Counted from the stretch's first letter, positions 40,864 to 51,243 are shown. The stretch: 64,000 nucleotides of DNA from Candidatus Wolframiiraptor gerlachensis (GCA_021323375.2 JAJPCT020000016.1:32001-96000), one strand, 5' to 3'. The notes: a model not told the origin generated them from the sequence alone. Program-made: numbers and translations.

Positions 40864-40968
40864 CCTTCTCAGAAATATAGCTGGTTATCAGCCTCGGCCA
40901 CAGGATCCCAGACTATGGGTTTAGGCATTGGAGCTTAGCTTCCTCAACATATACCTTCTCCTCTAGAT
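40864..40968 (-). repeat. Decayed duplicate of the eIF-2B-like gene 3' region
   Basis: About 105 nt aligning ungapped to 24729..24833, roughly 85% identical by eye. Confidence 0.8.
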
Positions 40969-41907
40969 CTTGAGCTTCCGCCAGTCGCCCCTGATCTCGG
41001 GTTCGCCCCTAAGCCTTCTCAGGTAATTGTGTGCGGATAGTGCAGCTATCGCGCCCTGAGCTGCTGCTATCACGGCCTGCTTGTATGGCATATCGCAGAC
41101 GTCGCCGGCCGCGAAGACTCCCTCCCTGCTCGTTCTGCCAAGCCTGTCCGTTACAATCTCGCCGCGCTCGTTTAGCTCGATGAATCCCTTGAGCCACCCC
41201 GTATCCGCCGCGTATCCGAGCTCCACGAAGACACCATCAACCTCCAGCTCAATTCTCTCTCCCCTCTCAACTCCCCTCAGGATCAGCTTTCTAACCACGA
41301 TATCGCCGACCACTTCCTCCACCCTCACGCCCGTCATAACCTCCGCGCCTAATCCTCGCAGCTCCCTCAGGAGCCGATCATCCTCCCTAGGCCGCCCCGA
41401 GTAAATCACATAAACCATGTTATCGTAGTTTCTGAGTATCGTGGCAGCCTCATGTGCTTGATCGCCCCAGCCGACTACGGCCACCCTCCTGCCCCTGTAT
41501 AATGGCGCATCGCAGATGGCGCAGTAACTGACACCCCTACCCGCGAAGACATTCTCACCCGGAACACCCATCTTCCTCGGCTTCTTCCCGATAGCGAGGA
41601 TCAGCGCCCGCCCCTCATAGTCACCGCCCCTGCACTTGACCCTGAAGCCGCCCTCCACTTCCTCAACGCCAATCGCTTCATCATAGGATATCTCGGCCCC
41701 AAACTCTCTAGCCTGCTCGAGAATACTGTTCACGAGCTCGAAGCCCGAGACCGAGGGCGAGGCCGGGAAATTCTCTATTCTTGGTACTGTGAGAAGCTGG
41801 CCGCCAATATCCATCGTAACAACAAGTGTTCGCAGACCCTGTCTAGCGGAGTATAGCGCCGCGGTAAGGCCGGCAACACCGCCGCCCACAATCAGTACAT
41901 CATACAT
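40963..41907 (-). CDS. trxB: Thioredoxin reductase
   Basis: GGGVAGLTAA, GVSYCAICD (CxxC), GVFAAGD. Confidence 0.92.
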   Translation of the reverse strand: MYDVLIVGGGVAGLTAALYSARQGLRTLVVTMDIGGQLLTVPRIENFPASPSVSGFELVNSILEQAREFGAEISYDEAIGVEEVEGGFRVKCRGGDYEGRALILAIGKKPRKMGVPGENVFAGRGVSYCAICDAPLYRGRRVAVVGWGDQAHEAATILRNYDNMVYVIYSGRPREDDRLLRELRGLGAEVMTGVRVEEVVGDIVVRKLILRGVERGERIELEVDGVFVELGYAADTGWLKGFIELNERGEIVTDRLGRTSREGVFAAGDVCDMPYKQAVIAAAQGAIAALSAHNYLRRLRGEPEIRGDWRKLKI

Positions 41908-41964
41908 CGCTAGCCTACTTATTCGGCGGAAGCTATAAAGCATGCTCTAGAGCCTTGGAGAAGG

Positions 41965-42162
41965 ATGGAATTGAGCGCGCGAGCAATCCTCATCCCCAAG
42001 ATACTTTTGAAGCTCGCGGCCGCTGCAGCCCTAGCCATACTAGCATACTATGCTTATGAGGGCATATCAGCAGCCCTATCAGCCTCACCCATCTTCGCCG
42101 CCATATTCCTCACACTCCTCACAGCCGCAATAATCATAGGAATCATAAGCCTCCTCACATGA
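41965..42162 (+). CDS. Small two-TM membrane protein
   Basis: 65-aa hydrophobic ORF with GGAG upstream. Confidence 0.55.
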   Translation: MELSARAILIPKILLKLAAAAALAILAYYAYEGISAALSASPIFAAIFLTLLTAAIIIGIISLLT

Positions 42163-42366
42163 GAATACGTCGAGCAACAGCTATGCTTAACTACAAGCTG
42201 CGAAAGGCCCATACAAGAAAACAGTTAAACAACGTATTTGCATGCGTTCTACTAAAGACGTTGAGCATTTTTCGAAAAACGTAATAATGGTACCATATCC
42301 CTACAAATTGATGCGTCTTGCTGAGCGATTTTAAACACTTATTAACATCCCCCGACGCATTAATTC

Positions 42367-43248
42367 ATGAAGTATTGTCCGAAGTGTGGTAAGAAGCTTG
42401 AAATTCAATCACCTTACTGCCCATTTTGCGGGGCACTTCTTACAGAGCATCTTCAAGCACAGTATCATGCTGAGAAGAAGAATAGGAGAAAGGCGATAGC
42501 CGCGATCCTAGGGATCTCGGGCCTACTCGGGCTGGGGCTCATCGCATTCAGATACTATGGGGATGAGGTATACGAGTTGCTGAACAGGATTACTGGAGCC
42601 GGAGGGACAACTACGGTTACCAAGACCATAAAACCCACCGAGGCATCAGAGACAAGCCCACTCTCTACGACAACCTATTCAGCCGAGATAACCTCATCAA
42701 GCGCCTGTACCTCATTAACATCCTCACCAATGAGCACGACAGCAACTTCACCCTCCATATCAGGAAGTATTGGAACAACATCAACCGAGATAATATCGAC
42801 AACTAGGACTACTCGCACGACGGCTGTCCCAAGAATACCTGATAGAGACTGGGATCGCATAATATTCCCCTATATTGTGGTTGGTGGGCAGACGGCATAT
42901 GAGGGGTTTGAGGTTATGGTAGAAAATCGTGGAAACGCGCCATCATTCTACACTGTGATGGAGCTTTACAGTAGTTCCAGGGCGATGAACTTAGACCGCC
43001 CGCTGAACAGCTTCAGCCTAGTATGGCGCAGGGTTACAACCCTGAATGCAGGCCAGCGTATCGAGATCGATTTCTCAGAGCTACCCCTAAGCCATGAGGC
43101 CCTAGTATGGGTATGCTATGACCCGATCTTGGATCCGAAAAGCTTCAGAATGGATAGCGATGTCCAGCTCAGGAGCATCTATAGGAGAAGCTATGATAGG
43201 GATAGGCATGTGATGGCGCTTGGCAGATCAGGAATGGTGGAGGATTAG
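42367..43248 (+). CDS. Membrane-anchored protein: N-terminal zinc ribbon, TM helix, Ser/Thr-rich linker, unknown C-terminal domain
   Basis: CPKCG...CPFCG, one TM helix, long S/T tract. Confidence 0.75.
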   Translation: MKYCPKCGKKLEIQSPYCPFCGALLTEHLQAQYHAEKKNRRKAIAAILGISGLLGLGLIAFRYYGDEVYELLNRITGAGGTTTVTKTIKPTEASETSPLSTTTYSAEITSSSACTSLTSSPMSTTATSPSISGSIGTTSTEIISTTRTTRTTAVPRIPDRDWDRIIFPYIVVGGQTAYEGFEVMVENRGNAPSFYTVMELYSSSRAMNLDRPLNSFSLVWRRVTTLNAGQRIEIDFSELPLSHEALVWVCYDPILDPKSFRMDSDVQLRSIYRRSYDRDRHVMALGRSGMVED

Positions 43249-43251
43249 AAT

Positions 43252-45090
43252 ATGCCGAAGACCGCCATTCACGTGATAGTTCTGGATGAGGTAATCAGAA
43301 GACTTAAGATGAGTGATAATGAGATCGAGAAAAAGCTCGGCATGCTCATGAGCCAACATCGATCCGCAGCAGTTCTAGGGGCTATTGGGCCCGATCTATT
43401 CTTCTGGGCGCCGGACTTCGAGGCCGCGAGAAAGCTCTACAACTTTTACAAGAACTGGAAGATGGTTGTGGACCTCTATAATGAGACCATAGGCAAGGTT
43501 GTGAGGGCTATGGAGGCTCTGGGGGATCCTGTGGAGGATGCTGTTGAGAGCTTAGCACCCTCGACGATAAGCCTCGTGAAGATGCTTATCGAGGAGGTTA
43601 ATGAGACCGTTAGACTCCTCAAGTCAGTAATCGCCACGACACTCTTCAGCGAAGTAATCGAGGGATATAATGCTTTGAGCGATATCTCCGGATCGCCGAG
43701 ACTTTTCCACGCGCTCTTCGACGAGCTCATGCCGCCGATGCAGAAGGGTAAGAGGGAGTCAGAGTGGTATTGGCTTGATATGCTCCATTACAGGGATACC
43801 GGGAGATTCGCCGCAAACCTCATCAACTCCGCGGAACAAGATCCCCAGATAGCCTATGCGCTTGGATATCTAACACATATCGCGACAGATATTGTCGGAC
43901 ACGGCTATATCAACCAGATCGTCGGCGGGCCATACAGAATGCATCTTCAAAGACACATTACAGTTGAGAACTTCATAGACTCGTGGAAATTCTATGAGGT
44001 GTATAATGCTAGCATAAACGAAAAGCTTCACAGCATCTTGGAGCTTCCATCCTCCCTACCACCCGAAATCATCGACCTGATACATGACTCATTTAAGAAG
44101 ACCTATGAGGAGAGACCGCATCCAAACAGGATTAACAAGCCGTATAATGGCTTCCTGAGAAGGGAGGATATATCCGCGACATACGATGCCTATAGATTCA
44201 CCATCGAGGCATTGAAGAGCGTTAGTATAAGACCCCCAGAGGAGCCTTTCAGCGGGGTGATGGATGTCCTATCAGAGGCTTTAGGCGGGATACATGCGCC
44301 TCCATCCCCTCCGAAGCCCAAGAGGATGTGCGATATAGAGGATATACTCGCCATAGGCTTGACCGAGCGCTCAAGGGAGTGTTATGAGGAGTTTGCCAAG
44401 AGCATCGAGGAATGGCTCGAATATCTTGGAGAGCTACTTGAATGGACCCTCGAAACTATACTCGCAATAATAGACTTAATCACTGCCGCGCTTCTATCAT
44501 TGGCGATCATCACATTGATGGCAATACTATACGCCATCCAGCTATTACTATACATACTCCTAAGAAACTTCAGACAACTATATGTCCTAGCAGGCCTACT
44601 CTACCCAGAGCCAGATGAGCTAGAATCAGCCCATGCAAGAAACCTGATAACAAACTATCAATGCGAAAGCGTCGTTGGGCCAGGGGGATACCCACGACTC
44701 CACTCCTGCAATCTGAATAACCTCCAATGCCCCGATACAGAGATCGAACAACCTGGAACAATTCCAGCACTATATCATAGGGGCGCGGAGATAACACCCG
44801 ACTCATTTATAATCAAGGAGGAGTTCGGCCAACAAACAATAGACTCTATCATGCAGTATTCGAGAGCATCAACCCCGGAGAAGACTAGGGAGCTGGAGAT
44901 GGCGGGCCATGCTCTAGGCAATGCCGTAAGCCTCTCACGCTGGCTAATCTTGAACGCCTTCCTAAAGAACAACCTAGACATCGTCTACACGGACTGGAAC
45001 CTAGACTCGGATAGGGGCTATGGATACAAATGCTGGTACTGGGATCAGCAAACCGGTAAGGATGCCTATCTGCGAATAGTGTTCGTCTAA
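43252..45090 (+). CDS. Zinc-dependent phospholipase C/P1-nuclease-like family protein with internal hydrophobic segment
   Basis: MP...H, GAIGPDLFF, HY, GYLTHIATDIVGH, RHITVE. Confidence 0.72.
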   Translation: MPKTAIHVIVLDEVIRRLKMSDNEIEKKLGMLMSQHRSAAVLGAIGPDLFFWAPDFEAARKLYNFYKNWKMVVDLYNETIGKVVRAMEALGDPVEDAVESLAPSTISLVKMLIEEVNETVRLLKSVIATTLFSEVIEGYNALSDISGSPRLFHALFDELMPPMQKGKRESEWYWLDMLHYRDTGRFAANLINSAEQDPQIAYALGYLTHIATDIVGHGYINQIVGGPYRMHLQRHITVENFIDSWKFYEVYNASINEKLHSILELPSSLPPEIIDLIHDSFKKTYEERPHPNRINKPYNGFLRREDISATYDAYRFTIEALKSVSIRPPEEPFSGVMDVLSEALGGIHAPPSPPKPKRMCDIEDILAIGLTERSRECYEEFAKSIEEWLEYLGELLEWTLETILAIIDLITAALLSLAIITLMAILYAIQLLLYILLRNFRQLYVLAGLLYPEPDELESAHARNLITNYQCESVVGPGGYPRLHSCNLNNLQCPDTEIEQPGTIPALYHRGAEITPDSFIIKEEFGQQTIDSIMQYSRASTPEKTRELEMAGHALGNAVSLSRWLILNAFLKNNLDIVYTDWNLDSDRGYGYKCWYWDQQTGKDAYLRIVFV

Positions 45091-45173
45091 AAATAAGCTA
45101 GCCAAACATTCACCCCCTTCAAAAGATTGCAGATAATATTTTTAATAGGAGGCAAGTTTGTTGGAAATTTTTG

Positions 45174-45246
45174 GGGCCGGTAGATCAGCTGGGAGATCGC
45201 CCGCCTCGCACGCGGGAGGTCGCGGGTTCAAATCCCGCCCGGTCCA
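45174..45246 (+). tRNA. tRNA-Ala(CGC)
   Basis: Acceptor stem GGGCCGG/CCGGTCC with G3:U70, anticodon arm CCCGC-CTCGCAC-GCGGG, TTCAAAT T-loop; CCA not encoded. Confidence 0.96.
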
Positions 45247-45346
45247 CTAATTTTTCAAGGATTGATTCGCTGAATACTGTTTCTCCAGTGATTGCTTTGA
45301 TGAGAAAACTGTTGGTGAGGAAAGTAGCATCATTCATCCGTTGATG

Positions 45347-47134
45347 TTATGTGGATAAGTAGTAGTATTCTCCTTGTTCTTTCTGGATTTTGTCGAGTTG
45401 TGAGCCCGGTTTGTTTGCTCTCGGTCTCCCGGTTTCTGGATCTCTTCTAAATGTTATGCCGACTTCTTTTAGGAACTGGTTGAATCCCGTTTTCAGGTCT
45501 GTTGGCGGATTCGCGATGCCATGTATCCCCGGCTCCCCTGTGAAGACCATTAGCCTTGTCGAGGCGAAGTCTAGGACCATGAGATCGTGTTCTACAAGGA
45601 AGATGTAGGCTCTTCTATCCCTTGCGATCCTTCTCAGGTATCTCGCTATCGAGTATCTCTCCTCGACATCTAGGTAGGCGCTTGGCTCATCTAGAAGATA
45701 TATTTCTGCTTCTCTTGATAATGCCTCGGCCACTGAGACCTTCTGGAGCTCCCCGCCGCTCAGCTCGCTCATGTTCCTGTCGAGGAGCCTCTCCAGCTGG
45801 AGTGGCTCGATCACTTCGCTCCAGTAAATCTCCGTCTCGAACTTCGGGCCGGCTGCATCCCTCAACGCCTTCTCCACGACTATGTCCCTAGGCTCAGGGT
45901 ACTGGGGCTTATAGCTCACAGACTTATACTCCAGTCTATAGCCGTCATCGCACTCCTCCACGCCCGCGAGAAGCTTGATGAATGTCGTCTTGCCTATGCC
46001 ATTCGGCCCCAGTATGCCGATGACCTCGCCTGGGTATATTCGGCCGCTTCTAACCTCCAGCCTAAACCCATCATACGTCTTCGTCATCTCAGGCCACTCA
46101 AGTGGCATACCGCCCTCAATGATCTCCTGCTGCGATGGTGGCCTAACCTGAAAGGTTATCCTCTCCGACCTGAACCTAACATTATCTGTCGGGATATAGC
46201 CATTCAGGAAGATGTTTATTCCCTCTCTAACGCCGAATGGTCCCGAGACTATGCCGAAGATGCCGGCTCTGCCATAGAGTATGAAGACCTTGTCCGAGAG
46301 ATAGTCGAGGACAGCGAGGTCGTGATCGCAGACGAGTATCCTGATGTTACTGCTGAGCATTGACCTTATCGCTGCGGCGGCTCTAAGTCTCTGCCTTATG
46401 TCTAGGAAGCTAGATGGCTCATCCACGATGAATGTGTTCGCGTCCCTGGCTAGGCATGCGGCGAGGGCGAGCCTCTGAAGCTCTCCACCACTAAGGGCTG
46501 AGACCTCCCGATTCAGCAGGTGCCCGAGCTCAAATAGCTCGATAACCTTCTCCAGCTTACCGGGGCTCGCAACGCGCCTAAGAACATCTCCAACCTTCCC
46601 CCGGACTACCTTTGGTATCTTCTCGATATACTGTGGCTTGTAGCTTATCTTGATCTCACCTCTAGCTATTCTGGTGAAATAGTCTTGGAGAAGTGTTCCC
46701 CTGAATTGCCTCGCAAGCTCCTCATAGCTCGGCTCACTCGAGTCAAATCTTCCTAGGTTCGGCTTCAGGATGTTGGCGAGTATCTGGAGGGCCGTGCTCT
46801 TCCCGGTTCCATTCTTACCGATCAGGCCGACGACTGCACCGGGCTCCGGATATGGAAGCCTATAAAGCCTGAAAGTATTTGGCCCATACTGGTGAACAAG
46901 ATCGGACTCGAGCTCCCGAGGAAGGTTGACGATCGTGATAGCCTTGAATGGGCACTTAGAGGCGCACAAGCCACAGCCTATACATAGCGGCTCGACGATC
47001 ACCGGGTAACCATCTTCACCCAGCTTGACGACCTCGATGCCGCTCCTCACCTTCGGGCAGAACCTGGTACATTCTAACCCACACTTCTTCGGGTCACACT
47101 TCTCCCTGTCAATGACCGCTACCCTAAGCTGCAT
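45347..47134 (-). CDS. Ribosome recycling ATPase ABCE1/Rli1
   Basis: N-terminal 2x[4Fe-4S] Cys motifs, two ABC domains with LSGGELQ, FRRD..GRPRANK. Confidence 0.96.
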   Translation of the reverse strand: MQLRVAVIDREKCDPKKCGLECTRFCPKVRSGIEVVKLGEDGYPVIVEPLCIGCGLCASKCPFKAITIVNLPRELESDLVHQYGPNTFRLYRLPYPEPGAVVGLIGKNGTGKSTALQILANILKPNLGRFDSSEPSYEELARQFRGTLLQDYFTRIARGEIKISYKPQYIEKIPKVVRGKVGDVLRRVASPGKLEKVIELFELGHLLNREVSALSGGELQRLALAACLARDANTFIVDEPSSFLDIRQRLRAAAAIRSMLSSNIRILVCDHDLAVLDYLSDKVFILYGRAGIFGIVSGPFGVREGINIFLNGYIPTDNVRFRSERITFQVRPPSQQEIIEGGMPLEWPEMTKTYDGFRLEVRSGRIYPGEVIGILGPNGIGKTTFIKLLAGVEECDDGYRLEYKSVSYKPQYPEPRDIVVEKALRDAAGPKFETEIYWSEVIEPLQLERLLDRNMSELSGGELQKVSVAEALSREAEIYLLDEPSAYLDVEERYSIARYLRRIARDRRAYIFLVEHDLMVLDFASTRLMVFTGEPGIHGIANPPTDLKTGFNQFLKEVGITFRRDPETGRPRANKPGSQLDKIQKEQGEYYYLST

Positions 47135-47142
47135 ATCCCGCG

Positions 47143-48510
47143 CTATGCTCCCCCGCTAAGCCTCCTTATAGTCTCCATTATCACGTTCTCCGCCTCGCCC
47201 ACTATCTCGCTCAGCCTCTTCTCCGTCCTCGCCTCTGCCGTCATCTTCACCTGGGGCATGGTGTTGGACTGTCTAACAAGGATCCAGCCATCATCGAAAT
47301 AGGCCTTTACACCATCTATAGTGCTCACCTTGAGGCCCTTCTCCCGATAGTATCTCGCGATTTCCTCCACGACCCTAGCCTTCAACTCATCCGGGCACTC
47401 GAACGTCTTTATCGGTATAGATGGATACTTGGGTATCTCATCAACGAGCTTGGAGAGCTTCTTACCCGTCCTCGCAACTATCTCCGCCATCTTAAGGGTC
47501 GCGTAAACCGCGTCATCAAAGCCCCAAATCTCCGGGAAGTAGAAGTGGTTACTCTTCTCGCCGCCGATGACCGCTTTCAGCTCCCTGACAGCGTTCAGGA
47601 GGAAAGCTCTTCCAACTCTCATCTCGACGGGCTCGCACCCCTTCTCGAGAATAATCTCCCTAAGAGCGCTGCTACTCGACACGTCATAGACAACCTTACC
47701 CCGTTTATCCAAATGCTTGACATAGATCGCGAGCGTGATGTCCCCTGGGATTATCCTGCCTAGATCATCCACGAAGACAACTCTATCTCCATCACCATCA
47801 AATCCAGCGCCAAAGTCTGCTCCTGATTCAACAACGATTCGCTGTAGATCCTTTAAGGTCTCCTCTGTGGGCTCGGGGAGGTGGCCCGGGAAACGGCCAT
47901 CTGGAACATCATTTATGCTCACGATCTCTATTCCAAGCCTCTCCGCTATCTTGGGGAATGGTATTGCAGCCGCCCCATTAGAATAGTCCACCGCGATCTT
48001 CATACGGGCACCTATCCTGAACTTTGAGACCATGAACTCGATATAGGGCGCGAGTATGTCAACCTTCTCAATCTTTCCCGGCCTCTCACCCTCCCTAAAC
48101 CTCCTATTAATGATCATGTCTCTCAGTTCCTCCATTCCGGCTCCGGCCGAGAGCGTCGCTCCTCCCTGCTTCACGATCTTAAACCCATTCCACTCGGGCG
48201 GATTATGGCTCGCTGTGACCTGAACCCCTCCATCAACTTTGAAATAAACCGTGGAGAAGTATAGCATGGGCGTCGAGACCATTCCAACATCCAGCACATC
48301 ACATCCAGCTCTGGTCAAGCCCCTCGCCAAACCCGCTACCAGCACCTCTCCACCTATCCTAACATCCCTACCAACAACAACCCTGCCACGATTACCGAGA
48401 AATGTCCCATAGGCTAGGCCGATGAGCTCGGCGACCACCTCATCCAGATCCTGACCATAGACCCCCCTAATGTCATAAGCTCTAAAGATGTGCGGCTTCA
48501 CGGAAACCAT
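47143..48510 (-). CDS. Phosphomannomutase/phosphoglucomutase
   Basis: FRAYDIRG, TASHNP, FDGDGDR, GEKSNH. Confidence 0.93.
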   Translation of the reverse strand: MVSVKPHIFRAYDIRGVYGQDLDEVVAELIGLAYGTFLGNRGRVVVGRDVRIGGEVLVAGLARGLTRAGCDVLDVGMVSTPMLYFSTVYFKVDGGVQVTASHNPPEWNGFKIVKQGGATLSAGAGMEELRDMIINRRFREGERPGKIEKVDILAPYIEFMVSKFRIGARMKIAVDYSNGAAAIPFPKIAERLGIEIVSINDVPDGRFPGHLPEPTEETLKDLQRIVVESGADFGAGFDGDGDRVVFVDDLGRIIPGDITLAIYVKHLDKRGKVVYDVSSSSALREIILEKGCEPVEMRVGRAFLLNAVRELKAVIGGEKSNHFYFPEIWGFDDAVYATLKMAEIVARTGKKLSKLVDEIPKYPSIPIKTFECPDELKARVVEEIARYYREKGLKVSTIDGVKAYFDDGWILVRQSNTMPQVKMTAEARTEKRLSEIVGEAENVIMETIRRLSGGA

Positions 48511-48718
48511 AATTATCTAGTATCAGAGTTGCTCAGCCTCAACTTTAACCCTTTTTCAAGGCCAAGTATGGCCAAAATGCACCAAAACATAGCTCAATAA
48601 TGGCGCAGCGCGGGGCTGTTCATCACCCCTAATATACCTTTCTCAGGCTTAGGGGCCGAAAAAACCCCGGAGTAAAGCTAAATTTATGGGCTTGAAAAAC
48701 ACGAATAATTGAGAAAAC

Positions 48719-48895
48719 ATGCCCCGTGAAAGGATCGTGGTTGAATCAAAGGTACGAGAGCTTCTGCCGGAAGGAATACGCCTCGCATCCGACGCTCTCG
48801 ACGGACTCGACCAAGCCGTTAGAGAACTGATAAACAAGGCCGTGCAAAGATGCAAAGCAAATGGAAGAAAGACAATAATTAAAGAGGACTTCTAA
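48719..48895 (+). CDS. Small histone-fold protein (58 aa, truncated alpha3 / face-to-face type), missed by the ORF track
   Basis: MPRERIVVESKVRELLPEGIRLASDALDGLDQAVRELINKAVQRCKANGRKTIIKEDF*; RKTxxxxD motif; TTTAT box upstream. Confidence 0.82.
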   Translation: MPRERIVVESKVRELLPEGIRLASDALDGLDQAVRELINKAVQRCKANGRKTIIKEDF

Positions 48896-48984
48896 CACTC
48901 TCCAACACACTATTTTCTATTCCTCCCAAAGATTTTTCCAGGATGAAAAAATGGAACGATGTGGAAATTGAACTGTTATCCTTA

Positions 48985-50169
48985 TTACCAGTACTTGATC
49001 CCCCTATTCTTAATGTAGTCGTAGACCTTTTTCGCGGTCTTCTCCATCCCGAAGGCCTTAAGGTGTAGAAGGGTCTCCGCATACGCCTTGCTCCTTATCG
49101 CGTTCTTAGTCTCGTCTGATATCTTGTCGAATTCGTTGAAGAACTGTTTTAGCGCGAACTTAGAGTTCTCGACGAATATTTCAGCCTCAGGCACCCCCTC
49201 CTTTCTATAGCTCTCAATAACCCACTTGTAGACCCTCCGGTATAGTTCTGGCTCGTAGATTCTCAAGATATCATAGACCATGAGCATATAGATTGTCGCG
49301 ACGTTGCCCTTACCTATCACCCCCTTCGGGAATTTTTCTGCAATGAGGTGGAGTGGTGTCCCGCTCACGCCATGCTGAGCAACTCTAGTTGGATACCCGT
49401 TATCCCATAATGCTCGAACTATCTCAACTGTGCGCTGGATGTTTATCCCGAGCTGTGGTATTATATTACCCTCCGCGTCCACCGAGACGCCATGTTTTGA
49501 GCCATTGTTTATCGCGAGCCAGTGGAGGTCGACTCCATTCTGCTTCATGCTCTTCACGTAGTGTAAGGCCTCCTCGACAGTTGTTAGCTCTGTCTTGCCT
49601 ATCTCGCCGACCTCGCCCTCCCTACCATAGTTCCTGTGCCCTATCAGCTCATCTAAGTACCTGAACATCTCTGTGCCAACCTCAATTATCCGCTTAAGTT
49701 GCTCAGGCACGGTATCCTTGGTTAGGTCGAAGAGGTATGAGGCGTCTATGGCGAAGCTTGTGAACCCTGCCTCAACCCTAGCGGCAAGCTCTCGCTTAAC
49801 GTTCTCGATCTCCTCATCGGTGCCCTTCCTGATCACGACGTGATCTGCGTGGAGGACGTAGCCATACCAGCCGACATTCTCCGCAGCCTTTCTCACGCGC
49901 TCGGCGAATGTTTTAGGTGTCAGGCCGGTATAACCTCCCTTCAAGTTCATCTCGGATAGGGCTAGCTCAAGGATCACCACGTTCTCAGTATCCTTGGCCG
50001 CCTTCAGAACCCCCTCAATCACCTCGAGGGTAACCCTTGGATTGACCGCGAGGACTATCTCCCTCGGCGGCGTCAAGGCCTCGAAGAGAACATTCCCCGG
50101 TATCGGGGGCTTGGGATCCTCGAAAAATGCCACATGCTCTGGTTTCATCCAGTCAGCCACCTCAATCAC
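48985..50169 (-). CDS. Class II fructose-bisphosphate aldolase-family protein
   Basis: LHADH, GFTSFAIDAS, EGEVGEIG, NGSKHG, QHGVSG, KGNVAT. Confidence 0.85.
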   Translation of the reverse strand: MIEVADWMKPEHVAFFEDPKPPIPGNVLFEALTPPREIVLAVNPRVTLEVIEGVLKAAKDTENVVILELALSEMNLKGGYTGLTPKTFAERVRKAAENVGWYGYVLHADHVVIRKGTDEEIENVKRELAARVEAGFTSFAIDASYLFDLTKDTVPEQLKRIIEVGTEMFRYLDELIGHRNYGREGEVGEIGKTELTTVEEALHYVKSMKQNGVDLHWLAINNGSKHGVSVDAEGNIIPQLGINIQRTVEIVRALWDNGYPTRVAQHGVSGTPLHLIAEKFPKGVIGKGNVATIYMLMVYDILRIYEPELYRRVYKWVIESYRKEGVPEAEIFVENSKFALKQFFNEFDKISDETKNAIRSKAYAETLLHLKAFGMEKTAKKVYDYIKNRGIKYW

Positions 50170-50367
50170 AAGTTAGCGCTCCTATAATTTAACACTTTGC
50201 ATATAGGAAAAGGCTAAATACCATGCTCCAGCCGAGGGCGGCCATTTTAACATCGAAAAAGCATCCCCTACAGCCCCTTTTTAGCCCCCTCTCCTTAGAC
50301 TTAGAGGGCTGCATCGAGGGGTTAAGCCCTCATGATTTTTATGGTGGATGGGCGTTTTGATCCTGAA

Positions 50368-51195
50368 ATGGCTCAAGGTGTGGTCGTGATCGGCTTAGGC
50401 GAGGTTGGTAAGCCCATCTACGAGATCTTGAAGGAGAGCTTTGCAGAGGTATATGGTTATGATCTCAATCCATCCGCCCGGGTTGATGAGCTGGAGAACA
50501 TCCCCACCAGCATTGATGTGATCCATATAGCCTATCCATTTAAGGGATTTAATGACTTCGTGGACTCGGTGGCTGGTTATGCGTATAAGCTCGGGGCTGA
50601 GACCGTTATCGTGCATTCGACAGTAGCTCCGGGCACTACCCGAATCATCCAGTCGAGGATCGAGGCCTATGTAGCCTATTCGCCGGTAAGGGGCAAACAT
50701 CCGTATCTCAAGGATCATCTGATGTTCTGGCCCAAGTGGGTCTCAGCAGTGAATAAAGAGGCCTTGGAGCATGCTAGGATCCATCTCGAGCAGGCAGGCT
50801 TCAGGGTGAGGGTTGCCCCCGATCCCGAGTCTCTCGAGCTGGCGAAGCTCTGGGAGACGGTGTATAGGGCCGCGATGATAGCATGCTGGCAGGAGGCCCA
50901 TAGGATCGCGAGGATGTTCAAGGCGGATATCGGCGTCATCGCCGAATTCATCTCCGAGGTTCATGAGGTGCTTCGCGATAGGCCGGTCTACTACCCGGAC
51001 TTCATAGGAGGACACTGCCTAATACCCAACACCCGGATACTTCATGAGATAACAGGCTCGGATCTCCTAGAATTCATCCTCCAATCAAATGAGAAGCGCG
51101 CCGAAGAGATGCGTGACGAGAGTATCGCAAGAGAGGTGGAGAAGGTTAAGAGAATCTGGCTAAACCTTGCCCCCAAGGAGTATTATCGCATGTAG
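50368..51195 (+). CDS. UDP-glucose/GDP-mannose dehydrogenase-family protein (short form)
   Basis: GLGEVG, HSTVAPGTT, ELAKLWET, IGGHCLIPN. Confidence 0.8.
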   Translation: MAQGVVVIGLGEVGKPIYEILKESFAEVYGYDLNPSARVDELENIPTSIDVIHIAYPFKGFNDFVDSVAGYAYKLGAETVIVHSTVAPGTTRIIQSRIEAYVAYSPVRGKHPYLKDHLMFWPKWVSAVNKEALEHARIHLEQAGFRVRVAPDPESLELAKLWETVYRAAMIACWQEAHRIARMFKADIGVIAEFISEVHEVLRDRPVYYPDFIGGHCLIPNTRILHEITGSDLLEFILQSNEKRAEEMRDESIAREVEKVKRIWLNLAPKEYYRM

Positions 51196-51243
51196 TTGGA
51201 ATAATTTAATTTTTGAATATACTCAGGGTGCGCGCCAGCATAT

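Noticed and set aside
51029-51038. 10-nt match ACACCCGGAT to the copy-1 loop (4662-4671) as a target
   Set aside because: Expected by chance at this window size; no adjacent match to the second loop strand
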